From the NCBI GenBank assembly GCA_001772615.1, contig MEUZ01000001.1, positions 1-54,622 of the forward strand: a stretch of 54,622 nt of DNA. Reading direction: 5' to 3'. The notes under the pieces are model-generated. The model had not been told where the DNA came from and searched no databases. It saw only the letters and a program-made list of their open reading frames with translations. Below are positions 18,173-27,254 of this stretch, piece after piece; within the stretch, counting starts at the first letter, position 1; every line of letters begins with the position of its first letter. This stretch comes from a candidate division WWE3 bacterium RIFCSPHIGHO2_01_FULL_40_23. Lineage in GTDB: Bacteria > Patescibacteriota > WWE3 > UBA101185 > 2-01-FULL-41-18. Position numbers and translations under genes: made by a program.

Positions 18173-20404
18173 ATGAAAGATAAAGTCCTGCCTCTTATTA
18201 ATAAAACCATTGAGTACTTAGTTTCAGCGTTCGCATTTCTCCTCCCGGTTTTTTTCCTTCCCGTCACAACCGAATTTTTCCAATTTAATAAACTTGCCTT
18301 AACAACGGCTGTCACACTCACCCTTATAATCCTGTGGGCCGTAAAAATGCTTATAGAAGGAAAAGTTGAGTTTACAAAATCGCCCTTGAACCTACCGATA
18401 CTTTTAATAGTAGTTTCCTTTGCAATCTCCTCTTATTTCTCAATAAGCAGGACAAACAGCATTTACGGAACTTACGGAAGATGGGATAACAGCCTTGTTC
18501 TTGCAGTCTTATCAGCTCTCCTCTACTTTGTGATTTCATCTAACATTAAATCAAAAGAGGCCATCAGAAACATCCTAGCCGCACTCATTGTAGGTATTTC
18601 ACTATCTTCGCTTGTAGCAACCTTAAGCTACTTTGGAGTTAAACTGTCAAAACTCCCCTACGCCCAGATCAGAAACTTCACACTCACGGGATCAACAGCG
18701 GCCGCCTCTGCAATCGGCGTTCTCGCCGCCGTTCTCATCCTTGGTCTCCTTATTGAAGATAAAACCAAAAAACAGGCAGTTAAGGCAGTGCTTGCCGCTT
18801 TGACCCTTCTTAACTTATTCCCACTTTTAATAATGGGAAACGCTGGAGTGTGGGCTCTATTTATCGTGGGCTTTGTTTCCTTCTTTTTAATGACGCCGCT
18901 TGAAAAAATAAAGGCTTCACAAAATGTCTTATATATGTTGGGAGCTGTAGTTTTAGTGTTCGGACTCGTATTTTCAGTACCGTCCTTTCAGAAAGTACTT
19001 AAACTTCCTACCGATTTTCCAAAAGAAGTAAGGCTAAGCCTTAGAACATCTTGGGTAATTACAACATCAGCCATAAGAGACTTTCCTCTTCTTGGATCGG
19101 GTCCGGCAACATTTTATCTTGATTTTGCTCACTACAGACCTCTTTACTTAAACGCGACCGATCAGTGGAACTTAAGATTTGATAAGCCTTTTAACGAGAT
19201 CTTAAACATAATTTCAACACTAGGCATCCTAGGCATGATCGTTCATGGTCTTTTCCTCTTCAGAGCCGTAAAACTTGTAAAGCACACCGATCAGACCGGG
19301 ATAAGCACAGCTATGAGTGCAGGTGTGCTGGGTCTTTTCGCACTATACTTTTTTTCAAGCTCAAATGTCCTCTTAACGGTGGTCACATTTGCGCTTCTTG
19401 GCCTTGACATGGCTTACCTGCAAAACAGCAGCCTTGCCGGGAATATGATCCTCGGAACTATCGTTGAGAGTGCTATCGTGAGCTTCACAATCTCCGGAAA
19501 ATCAACAAATATAACAACAAGGACGGTGGCTCTTCTTTTTGCTGTGCCTATGTTCCTTCTTACTCTTCTAGGTTTGTTCTTCGGCGGACGGGCTTACATG
19601 GCTGAAGTCATGATGAGAAGATCTATTCAAGCGGCACAGGAAAATCGAGCTATTGATCTTTACAACGCACAAAGATCGGCGATCAGACTTAATCCTTACG
19701 TTGACGTGTATCACAATTCTTTCGCACAAACCAACTTTGTGCTCGCAAACCTTCTTGCAGGAAGCAAAAAGCCTGAAGAACTCACTGACCAGGACAAAAC
19801 CGATATACAAAATCTGATTGGCGCAGCCCTTCAGGAAACAAGAATTACAACCGAAGTGCTAAACAGAACTAATCCCGCAAACTGGGAGCAAAGAGCACGA
19901 CTCTACTCTCTTTTAAACGGGGTGGCAAAAGACGCGGACGCATGGTCTGTAGGTGCTTATACAAGAGCCATAGAGCTTGATCCGACCAACCCTTTATTAA
20001 GAATCGGTATTGGAGGTATCTTCTACTCTGCCAGAAACTTTGATGTCTCCGAAAGGCATTTCAGGGCGGCTGTTTCGCTTAAACCCGACTTGGCAAATGC
20101 TCATTATAACCTTGCTCATACCCTTAACGCAGTAAGAAAATACCAGGAAGCTTTAACCGAAATGCAGGTCGTTATGAGGCTTGTCCCGCAGGATTCGCAG
20201 GATTATAAAAAAGCTCAAGCCGATTTTACGGCCATAAAAGAAAATCCTGATGTCGCGGGCGCTCAAACAACAAAGCCTTCAGTAACAGATCTATACGGCA
20301 CTGATAGAAGGGGTACAACCACACAACAACCCTTAAGAAATCCTGAAGTAAAAGAACAACCGACAATAGAAGAAAGCACGTCATCCCTCAACCCCGAAGA
20401 ATAA
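18173..20404 (+). CDS. O-antigen ligase/Wzy_C-like polytopic membrane protein with C-terminal TPR repeats
   Basis: Many TM helices; P.LGSGP.TF...F..YRP and PFNE.L....TLGILG motifs; TPR-like AIELDPTNP / SLKPDLANAHYNLA. Start placed at 18173 after AAGGA. Confidence 0.85.
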   Translation: MKDKVLPLINKTIEYLVSAFAFLLPVFFLPVTTEFFQFNKLALTTAVTLTLIILWAVKMLIEGKVEFTKSPLNLPILLIVVSFAISSYFSISRTNSIYGTYGRWDNSLVLAVLSALLYFVISSNIKSKEAIRNILAALIVGISLSSLVATLSYFGVKLSKLPYAQIRNFTLTGSTAAASAIGVLAAVLILGLLIEDKTKKQAVKAVLAALTLLNLFPLLIMGNAGVWALFIVGFVSFFLMTPLEKIKASQNVLYMLGAVVLVFGLVFSVPSFQKVLKLPTDFPKEVRLSLRTSWVITTSAIRDFPLLGSGPATFYLDFAHYRPLYLNATDQWNLRFDKPFNEILNIISTLGILGMIVHGLFLFRAVKLVKHTDQTGISTAMSAGVLGLFALYFFSSSNVLLTVVTFALLGLDMAYLQNSSLAGNMILGTIVESAIVSFTISGKSTNITTRTVALLFAVPMFLLTLLGLFFGGRAYMAEVMMRRSIQAAQENRAIDLYNAQRSAIRLNPYVDVYHNSFAQTNFVLANLLAGSKKPEELTDQDKTDIQNLIGAALQETRITTEVLNRTNPANWEQRARLYSLLNGVAKDADAWSVGAYTRAIELDPTNPLLRIGIGGIFYSARNFDVSERHFRAAVSLKPDLANAHYNLAHTLNAVRKYQEALTEMQVVMRLVPQDSQDYKKAQADFTAIKENPDVAGAQTTKPSVTDLYGTDRRGTTTQQPLRNPEVKEQPTIEESTSSLNPEE

Positions 20405-20425
20405 GAAACCCAATATTGAAAAACC

Positions 20426-20456
20426 AAAAACCCCGGGCTTTTACGCCCGGGGCTTT
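20426..20456. terminator. Bidirectional intrinsic terminator
   Basis: A5-CCCCGGGC/GCCCGGGG-CTTT between convergent genes. Confidence 0.8.
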
Positions 20457-20477
20457 AGTTTCGTGTTAAATGCGAAA

Positions 20478-20765
20478 TTAGCGGTTTCCCTTCATCTGTC
20501 TGAAGCAGTTGTCGCAGAGTACTGGCTTGTCTCCTTTTGGTTCAAAAGGAACCGTAGCCTTGCCCCCGCAGTTTGAACAAACCGTTTCATACATCTGTCT
20601 TGGGCCTCTGTTTCTGCCCATTGAGTTTTTCTTTGCCGCTCTGCAATCAGGGCATCTTTTAGGCTCATTGGTAAAACCCTTTTGAGCATAAAAATCCTGC
20701 TCCGCCGCGGTAAATACAAACTCTCTGCCGCAATCAACGCATGTTAATGTTTTATCTTGTGACAT
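20478..20765 (-). CDS. Zinc-ribbon / CxxC-x17-CxxC domain protein
   Basis: MSQDKTLTCVDCG.EF.FTAAEQ.FY..KGF.NEPKRCPDCR...R.MYE.VCSNCG....VPF.P....PV.C..CF; GGAGG SD. Confidence 0.92.
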   Translation of the reverse strand: MSQDKTLTCVDCGREFVFTAAEQDFYAQKGFTNEPKRCPDCRAAKKNSMGRNRGPRQMYETVCSNCGGKATVPFEPKGDKPVLCDNCFRQMKGNR

Positions 20766-20993
20766 TTTCTTGGAACTTTCACCTCCTTTGACATTCCCCA
20801 CTTTTGCTAACTATCCCGGGGATGCCAAAGGGCAAAGCCAAGGAGTCCTGCAACTTCGGGTAAATGATACTAACGGGATATTAACATTATCTAAAAACAA
20901 ATGCAAAAGAGGTCAAGCCGAGGGTCCAGGTCTGGCCTAAAAAAACCGCAGGGGGTTTGCACCATCTGCGGTTAACTGGCACTCTATCCCCTC

Positions 20994-21242
20994 TTATTTG
21001 CCCGGATCAGCATTTCCCTCTTCCCCTTCAATCTTTTGAATCGGGAGATTGTGCCGGGCAGCAGCTCTTTCCGCTTGCTCCCTTGAAGTAGTGCGGCAAA
21101 CATCCGCCCCACGATATTTCAGACTTACTTGAATTTCCCAACCGTTAACCTTCAATTCATGGGCTACAGCTTTATCAGTAGTGATGAGGACAAAAGTCTT
21201 GCCCTCATCATAAATCACGCCGAGATCGTAAGTGGTGGCCAT
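20994..21242 (-). CDS. Hypothetical protein (standalone accessory gene)
   Basis: Own promoter (TTGATA-17-TATAAT, 21282-21310), GAGGAG SD before ATG 21242, terminator ~20941-20975. Confidence 0.7.
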   Translation of the reverse strand: MATTYDLGVIYDEGKTFVLITTDKAVAHELKVNGWEIQVSLKYRGADVCRTTSREQAERAAARHNLPIQKIEGEEGNADPGK

Positions 21243-21389
21243 CTCAAACTCCTCTCTTTTTGATTTGGTTTGTATGTGCAAATTATACATAAAGCAATTC
21301 TTAATATCAACACTATAGGTTCAGCATTGTGCGGATCTTCTGATTCTAAACTCTTGTTATAATCACAGAATAAGAAAAACACTTTACTT

Positions 21390-22142
21390 ATGAATACTGA
21401 TCCTCAAATAAAACCAAAAGATTTTGTAAAAAGGGTGGTAAGGCAATACCGCGAGGGAAAGGGGATCTTTTCAAAAAAAGTAAATGCCGAAGACATGCTT
21501 CCTGACAGCTTGGATTCCAAGCACAAAGCCCTTTACATCTTTTATGTACTTCAGCTTGACTATGCAATTAAATCCCAAATTCTCTATAACGGCGGCGCCC
21601 GTCTTTACAAAGAAAATAAAGAATTCTTCACACCTGAAAACATCTCTTCCCTACCCCAAGACAAGCTCACTAAATACTTAAAGGATTATCTTCATCCAAG
21701 ATACGTAAATGAAGCTGTTAAAAGATTTGGTTCAAATACTGGTACTCTGGTAAGTAAGTATAACGGTGACCCGCGAAAGATTTTTGAAAACACTGCTTCC
21801 TGCCGCGAGGTTGTTACAAGGCTTAAAGATTTCCGAGGTTTTGGCCCTAAAATTGGCACCTTTTTCATCCGCACAATGATAAATACTTTTAACTATAACT
21901 TTTCTGATATTGACTCCATACTGCCGCCGGTTGACATACATGATGTGAGAATTGCTTACCTGATGGCGTTCACAAATTCTAATAAAATGACGAGCAAAAA
22001 CATTAACTTTGTTAAAAAAATGTGGAGCGGAGCCTGTGTATCGGCGGGTGAAAGCTGGCTGGTATTTGATAAAGCACTATGGCTTTTAGGATCGGAAGGA
22101 AAACCAAAAACAAGAGAAGATGTTTTAAAGCTGTTGGGGTAG
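21390..22142 (+). CDS. HhH-GPD superfamily DNA glycosylase/endonuclease III-like protein
   Basis: L..FRGFGPKIG HhH motif and PVDIHD.RI. Confidence 0.8.
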   Translation: MNTDPQIKPKDFVKRVVRQYREGKGIFSKKVNAEDMLPDSLDSKHKALYIFYVLQLDYAIKSQILYNGGARLYKENKEFFTPENISSLPQDKLTKYLKDYLHPRYVNEAVKRFGSNTGTLVSKYNGDPRKIFENTASCREVVTRLKDFRGFGPKIGTFFIRTMINTFNYNFSDIDSILPPVDIHDVRIAYLMAFTNSNKMTSKNINFVKKMWSGACVSAGESWLVFDKALWLLGSEGKPKTREDVLKLLG

Positions 22143-22170
22143 AGTTGGTGACTTGCCATTTAGTGTGGCA

Positions 22171-22254
22171 TTCGCTATGCGCCTCGGTTCACCCACGCGA
22201 AGCTACAAGTAGCGAATGTTGGCCTGTCACGCGTAGCCACGCAGTGGCGAAGTG
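22171..22254. repeat. tRNA-3'-trailer repeat, copy 1
   Basis: ~84 bp nearly identical to 23187-23271; both abut a tRNA-Ala CCA end. Confidence 0.9.
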
Positions 22255-22275
22255 TGGTGGACCTGGGGGGACTCA
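22255..22275 (-). mobile_element. Duplicated 3' 21 nt of tRNA-Ala(CGC), att-like
   Basis: TGGTGGACCTGGGGGGACTCA at 22255-22275 is identical to 22442-22462. Confidence 0.7.
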
Positions 22276-22441
22276 GTCACGAATCCTGGAAATTCTACAT
22301 AGCTTCGCTCTTAGAATTTCCACGGTTCGCGACCCCAGCTCCCATGAAGCGAACTTCGTTCTGCTTCATGGTGCGCTATTTGAGTCCTATCATTACAGAT
22401 TTAAAAATCAGTCCCTTTTCCAATCGGCTTGGTACCGACTT

Positions 22442-22517
22442 TGGTGGACCTGGGGGGACTCAAACCCCCTGCCTCCGCAATGCGAATGCGGCGCTCTATC
22501 AGGTGAGCTACAGGCCC
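22442..22517 (-). tRNA. tRNA-Ala(CGC)
   Basis: Cloverleaf GGGCCTG/CAGGTCC with G3:U70, anticodon loop TTCGCAT, encoded CCA. Confidence 0.95.
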
Positions 22518-22584
22518 ACGTAACCTTCAACATTATATCAGCAAAAAGAAAAGCCCCGGCAAATATTCACCAGGGCCAAAGCTC

Positions 22585-23061
22585 TTACCCTTCCTCACCA
22601 GCACCGGTGAAACGCCTTGGATATCTGAAAATAAAATCAGGCATCTCACCAGTCGGCAGATTCCACCCCTTGGCCTTAAGGTCTGAAAGGATAGCATCCC
22701 TAACAAAGTCCTTTATTCTGCCTTCGGGCGTGCTTCCTTCGGCAATTCCGATCACTAGCGCACTTTGACCAGCAAGGCTAAAGTTTTTGCTGTCCGCGGA
22801 GATGGACACATAATAGGCTTGAGGCCATCCAGCCCATTCATTCAGCTTATCAATACTGCACACATAAAACCTAAGCCAGCAGGTCTTTTCCGCCTTTGGA
22901 TTTGTCGTGGGCGTTGGCACAACCACTACCACTGAAGCCTCACTCCCGGGTTCACGCGCCTTGAGTACCTGACTAAGAGGCAACTGCGCCAAAGCGGCGC
23001 ATGACAAAGACAGCAAAACAAGCATTGCTACCATTACGTAAACTACGTAAGCCCTTTTCAT
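22585..23061 (-). CDS. Hypothetical secreted/membrane protein between two tRNA-Ala genes
   Basis: N-terminal signal/TM, PTPT linker, GGAGA SD. Confidence 0.75.
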   Translation of the reverse strand: MKRAYVVYVMVAMLVLLSLSCAALAQLPLSQVLKAREPGSEASVVVVVPTPTTNPKAEKTCWLRFYVCSIDKLNEWAGWPQAYYVSISADSKNFSLAGQSALVIGIAEGSTPEGRIKDFVRDAILSDLKAKGWNLPTGEMPDFIFRYPRRFTGAGEEG

Positions 23062-23186
23062 CTCAATTCTCCATTCTACTTATATGGGTTTGGAAGCGGG
23101 GTAATTTTTACTATTAAACCACATTTAAATTGAATTTTCTAAAAGTATAGTCCCACTACGCTCCTCCGGAGCTACGCGGGACACAC

Positions 23187-23271
23187 TTCGCTATGCACCT
23201 CGGTTCACCCACGCGAAGCTACAAAACAGCGAATGTTGGCCTGCCACGCGTAGCCACGCAGTGGCGAAGTG
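23187..23271. repeat. tRNA-3'-trailer repeat, copy 2
   Basis: Direct repeat of 22171-22254. Confidence 0.9.
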
Positions 23272-23348
23272 TGGTGGACCCGATGGGACTTGAACCCACA
23301 ACCTTCTCAATGCCATTGAGACGCTCTAGCCAATTAAGCTACGGGCCC
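23272..23348 (-). tRNA. tRNA-Ala(GGC)
   Basis: GGGCCCG/CGGGTCC with G3:U70, anticodon stem TCTCA/TGAGA, loop ATGGCAT, CCA. Confidence 0.95.
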
Positions 23349-23381
23349 GCGAAAGCTTCACAAATTCTACATATCTAACTT

Positions 23382-24488
23382 CTAAAAGTCCATGCGGTTT
23401 GGCTTTCCTTTAAAAACCATCCTTTTATTTGGCAATGTCGCCAAAGTGTAAGTTTTAGACAAAGAAGCCTTGTATTTTTCAGGCTTAGGAATAGTCTGCA
23501 TAACCTCCGAAATCTTTTTCTTAAGTGCTTCTATTCCCTCCCCCGTTGCCGCGGAGACAAACAAAACATCAACCTTAAACTTCTTAAAATCCTTTTTAAT
23601 TTCAGGTATCTCATCTTTCACTTCAGAAAGATCAATCTTATTAATTACAACAATTTCCTTCTTCTCCGAGAGCTCTTTGGAATAAGCCTCCAGTTCTTTT
23701 CTTATAGCTTTGTATGACTTAACTGCGTCAGCTAAAAACGGATCAATCATATGTACTAAAAGCCTGGTTCGCTCAACATGCCTTAAAAACTCATCCCCAA
23801 GGCCTTTGCCTGAAGCCGCCCCTTCTATCAAACCAGGAAGATCGGCAAGGGCATAGGACACCCCTAAAGACGACACATCCATAACACCTAAATTTGGCTC
23901 AATTGTAGTAAAAGGGTAATTTCCTACCTTCGCGCTTGCATGAGTCAGAGAGTTTAACAAAGTGGATTTTCCGGCGTTTGGAAGGCCAATTAATCCAACA
24001 TCAGCTATTAACTTAATTTCAAGAATTAGATCCTTCTCCTCTCCCTTTTCCCCTGGTGTAAATTGAAGTGGAATCTGATTTGTTGAGCTTTTAAATCTGA
24101 AATTGCCTTTACCGCCTGCACCACCGGTTGCAATCAGAAGCTTTTCGTCAACATCAGTTAAATCGGCAACAAGATCTTCTCTTTTGTGAACCCTGTCCAC
24201 AACTTTAACCAGAGTTCCAATGGGCACCTCAAGGTATAAATCGGAAGCACTAGCTCCTGTTCTGTTATTTTTTTCACCCTTTTCCCCATCTTTGGCCTTA
24301 AAAACGCTTTTAGCCCTAAAGTCCATTAAGGTTGTTAAGTTCTCATTGGCAACAAGATAAGCACTGCCTCCTCTACCGCCGTCACCACCGTCAGGGCCGC
24401 CTTTCGGAACATACTTTTCACGCCTAAAATGCACAACTCCGTCACCACCGTCCCCAGCTTTAATTTTTACTCTAGCGTAATCAATCAT
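23382..24488 (-). CDS. obgE: Obg family GTPase ObgE/CgtA
   Basis: GGPDGGDGGRGG Obg fold; GLPNAGKSTLL, YPFTT, DLPGL, NKID. Confidence 0.98.
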   Translation of the reverse strand: MIDYARVKIKAGDGGDGVVHFRREKYVPKGGPDGGDGGRGGSAYLVANENLTTLMDFRAKSVFKAKDGEKGEKNNRTGASASDLYLEVPIGTLVKVVDRVHKREDLVADLTDVDEKLLIATGGAGGKGNFRFKSSTNQIPLQFTPGEKGEEKDLILEIKLIADVGLIGLPNAGKSTLLNSLTHASAKVGNYPFTTIEPNLGVMDVSSLGVSYALADLPGLIEGAASGKGLGDEFLRHVERTRLLVHMIDPFLADAVKSYKAIRKELEAYSKELSEKKEIVVINKIDLSEVKDEIPEIKKDFKKFKVDVLFVSAATGEGIEALKKKISEVMQTIPKPEKYKASLSKTYTLATLPNKRMVFKGKPNRMDF

Positions 24489-24509
24489 GGGTCAAGTCTA
24501 TCACAGGTC

Positions 24510-25709
24510 TTACCTGATATAGTTTAAGGGGTTTTGAGGGGTGCCTTTATATTTAATAGTAAAGTGAACATGCGGACCCGTTGACCTACCAGTGTTACCC
24601 ATAATGCCAACCACATCCCCCTTGTCCACATCCTTTCCCACCGATACATTGAGCCTGCTCAAATGCCCATAAACAGTCTGGTATCCGTTTCCATGATCAA
24701 TGGCCACATGAAGCCCAAGCCCCCACGGATCCCACCCGGCTCTCGTTACAGTCCCGCCGGCGCAAGCATAAATAGGAGGCCATGAACCCCACGGCGTTGC
24801 TATATCAAGCCCATCATGATAATAAGTAAAGTACTGACTGATAATACGCACGGAAGTCGGCCACTGACACCACCCCGACCTAGGGTTAGTGTCAACAAAC
24901 CTCTGATAAGTAACGCCCCCCGGAACCGTAGGCAAAATAATTACGGGTTCGGGAATCTTGGCGTCAGGCACCACAAGCTCTTTTCCCACCTGCAAATTAG
25001 TACAACTATCAAGGTAGTTAAAATCAAGAACAGCCTGGGAAGGGACATCAAACTTCTTCCCTATTGAATCACATGTATCCCCGCTTTTAACTTTATAAAT
25101 AACACCCTGCACCGGAGGTATCACAAGCTTCTGCCCTACTTTTAAAAAGTCGGAATCGGAAATGTTATTCACATACTCAAGCGCATCGGTTGATACTTTA
25201 TATAAAGCGCCGATTGAACTTAAGTTTTCTCCTCCGCTCACTTCGTGTATTATCGCCTCGCTTCTTCTTCCTTCGGGAAGTGAAGTCGTCGCAACAGTTG
25301 TCTCGGGAATAATATCATCAACATTTACAAGATAATCGGGGCTGATTGTGGCGCTTGTTACAAAACCCGTACTGCTAAAAACTCCGCCTGTTAAAAATAA
25401 GATAAAAGCAACAAACAAGATCGCAAGGTTTGCAATAGGCCTTCCAAGCCTGCCCCTTGACCAGATCAATTTTCTGATAATAAAGTTTTTAACACCCTGA
25501 AATGAAGTAAGACAAAACTTAAGAAAAATAAAAAAATTAGCTCCTAGAAGCCTGACCTTACCAAAAACATACCTTAGAACGGCAATAAAAAACTTTTTGA
25601 GATTCTCTACTCCCCCATCTTTCACTCTTAAACCGCTAAATTTAAGCTGGAAAGCATTCTCTTGTGGCTTGGAGGGAGGGAGAAAGCGCTTAAAGTTGAA
25701 TTTAAACAT
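24510..25709 (-). CDS. LysM-domain M23 family metallopeptidase
   Basis: TM, two LysM repeats, HDGLDIA and Y.HL...GRSTGPHVHF. Confidence 0.95.
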   Translation of the reverse strand: MFKFNFKRFLPPSKPQENAFQLKFSGLRVKDGGVENLKKFFIAVLRYVFGKVRLLGANFFIFLKFCLTSFQGVKNFIIRKLIWSRGRLGRPIANLAILFVAFILFLTGGVFSSTGFVTSATISPDYLVNVDDIIPETTVATTSLPEGRRSEAIIHEVSGGENLSSIGALYKVSTDALEYVNNISDSDFLKVGQKLVIPPVQGVIYKVKSGDTCDSIGKKFDVPSQAVLDFNYLDSCTNLQVGKELVVPDAKIPEPVIILPTVPGGVTYQRFVDTNPRSGWCQWPTSVRIISQYFTYYHDGLDIATPWGSWPPIYACAGGTVTRAGWDPWGLGLHVAIDHGNGYQTVYGHLSRLNVSVGKDVDKGDVVGIMGNTGRSTGPHVHFTIKYKGTPQNPLNYIR

Positions 25710-25818
25710 AAGCTTAAGTGGGTATAATTATACAGCATGCTGCAGTGTGTATAAAACCGATTTAAAGCCTCTAAATCAAGTGGAAAAGTGCAAGTTAGCA
25801 GACAAGAAAGATAAAATA

Positions 25819-27018
25819 TTATTTGCTTTGGGCAAGTGTAGCAAGAAATTCCTCATTGCTTTTTGTTTTTCTCATTCTCTCTATTACAAGCTGTGTAGCT
25901 TCCCTCTCATCAAGAAGATCAACCATTCTTCTTAATCTATAAACCGCCTCAATAGTTTTCTTGTCATATAAGAGCTCCTCATGCCTTGTAGATGACTTTT
26001 TAATGTCAATGGCAGGGTATATCCTTCTTTCAGCAAGTGATCTGTCTAAATGAAGCTCCATATTTCCCGTGCCTTTAAACTCCTCGTAAATTAAGTCATC
26101 CATACGCGAGCCCGTATCAACAAGCGCGGTGGCAATAATAGTTAAACTCCCCGCATTCTCAAAGTTTCTTGCCGCACCGAAAAAGTGCTTAGGTGGGTAC
26201 AAAGCCACAGGATCAAAACCACCCGACAAAGTACGCCCCGAAGGAGGAACAGTCATGTTATACGCCCTCGCAAGCCTTGTTAAAGAATCCATCAGTATAA
26301 CAACATCTTTCCCCGCTTCCGAGAGCCTTTTAGCACGTTCAAGTACAATTTCGGCAGCTCTTGTTTGGGCATCGGCCGCTTCATCAAAATTACTGGCAAC
26401 AACCTCACCCTTAACGCTTCTTTGCATATCCGTAACCTCCTCGGGTCGCTCCCCTATTAAGGCGACCATCAAAACAACATTAGGATGGTTCGCAGTAATT
26501 CCATTTGCAATATCTTTTAAAAGCCACGTTTTCCCTGCTTTCGGAGGGGCAACAATCATAGCCCTCTGGCCTTTTCCGATAGGCGCTATGGCGTCAATAA
26601 GACGGGTTGAATTGATGTCTTTATCGGTTTCAAGTTTTAACCACTGGTTTGGGAAAACGGGCGTAAGTTTTTCAAATAAAGGTCTTTTCTTTGCGGTGTC
26701 GGGGTCCATGCCCTCAACCTTGTCCACTCTTAATAGGGATAGGTATCTTTCATTTTCTTTCGGGGGTCTTGCCATACCTTCAATAATATCCCCCATCCTT
26801 AAGGAAAATCTTCTGATTTGGGACTGGCTGATATAAACATCTCTTGGAAGGTTTTCCTTCACGTTTGAATCCTCCTGCCTTAAAACGCCGTAATCGGGAA
26901 GAATTTCAAGGACACCTTTTACCATGATAGTTTCACCGGTAAAGCCCTCAGCGGCAAAATCCGAGCCGTTCGCATTGGCTCCATTCTGGTAAGGCTGACT
27001 GTTTTGAGTCTGATACAT
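25819..27018 (-). CDS. rho: Transcription termination factor Rho (short N-terminus)
   Basis: PIGKGQRAMIVAPPKAGKT, DSLTRLARAYN, FKGTGNMELHL. Confidence 0.98.
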   Translation of the reverse strand: MYQTQNSQPYQNGANANGSDFAAEGFTGETIMVKGVLEILPDYGVLRQEDSNVKENLPRDVYISQSQIRRFSLRMGDIIEGMARPPKENERYLSLLRVDKVEGMDPDTAKKRPLFEKLTPVFPNQWLKLETDKDINSTRLIDAIAPIGKGQRAMIVAPPKAGKTWLLKDIANGITANHPNVVLMVALIGERPEEVTDMQRSVKGEVVASNFDEAADAQTRAAEIVLERAKRLSEAGKDVVILMDSLTRLARAYNMTVPPSGRTLSGGFDPVALYPPKHFFGAARNFENAGSLTIIATALVDTGSRMDDLIYEEFKGTGNMELHLDRSLAERRIYPAIDIKKSSTRHEELLYDKKTIEAVYRLRRMVDLLDEREATQLVIERMRKTKSNEEFLATLAQSK

Positions 27019-27134
27019 AAAAATTTAAGGGGATAAATCCAATTAGCCCAAATCAAATAATTTGATACGAAATTAAACTTTGCATGATGTCTTTGGGAAG
27101 ATTCTGGGTGAAGACTAAACTAATCTTCGCTTTA

Positions 27135-27163
27135 ACTTTACCCTAATCAAAAATTGTTGTCAA
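27135..27163 (-). promoter_or_regulatory. Putative rho promoter
   Basis: TTGACA-17-TAAAGT on the minus strand. Confidence 0.6.
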
Positions 27164-27197
27164 TTGAGAAATTGTTGAGCCTAGCAACAGCGTCACC

Positions 27198-27240
27198 GTC
27201 ATTGCGAGGAGGCCGCCGCAGGCGAGCCACGAAGCAATCT
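27198..27240. repeat. REP-like element (GTCATTGCGA...GAAGCAATCT)
   Basis: Same frame as 28108, 28341 and 28953. Confidence 0.8.
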
Positions 27241-27254
27241 CCTTAAAAACAGTT

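Noticed and set aside
22079-22768. 229-codon plus-strand ORF across the tRNA-Ala locus
   Set aside because: Overlaps a clear tRNA and repeats on the opposite strand; spurious.
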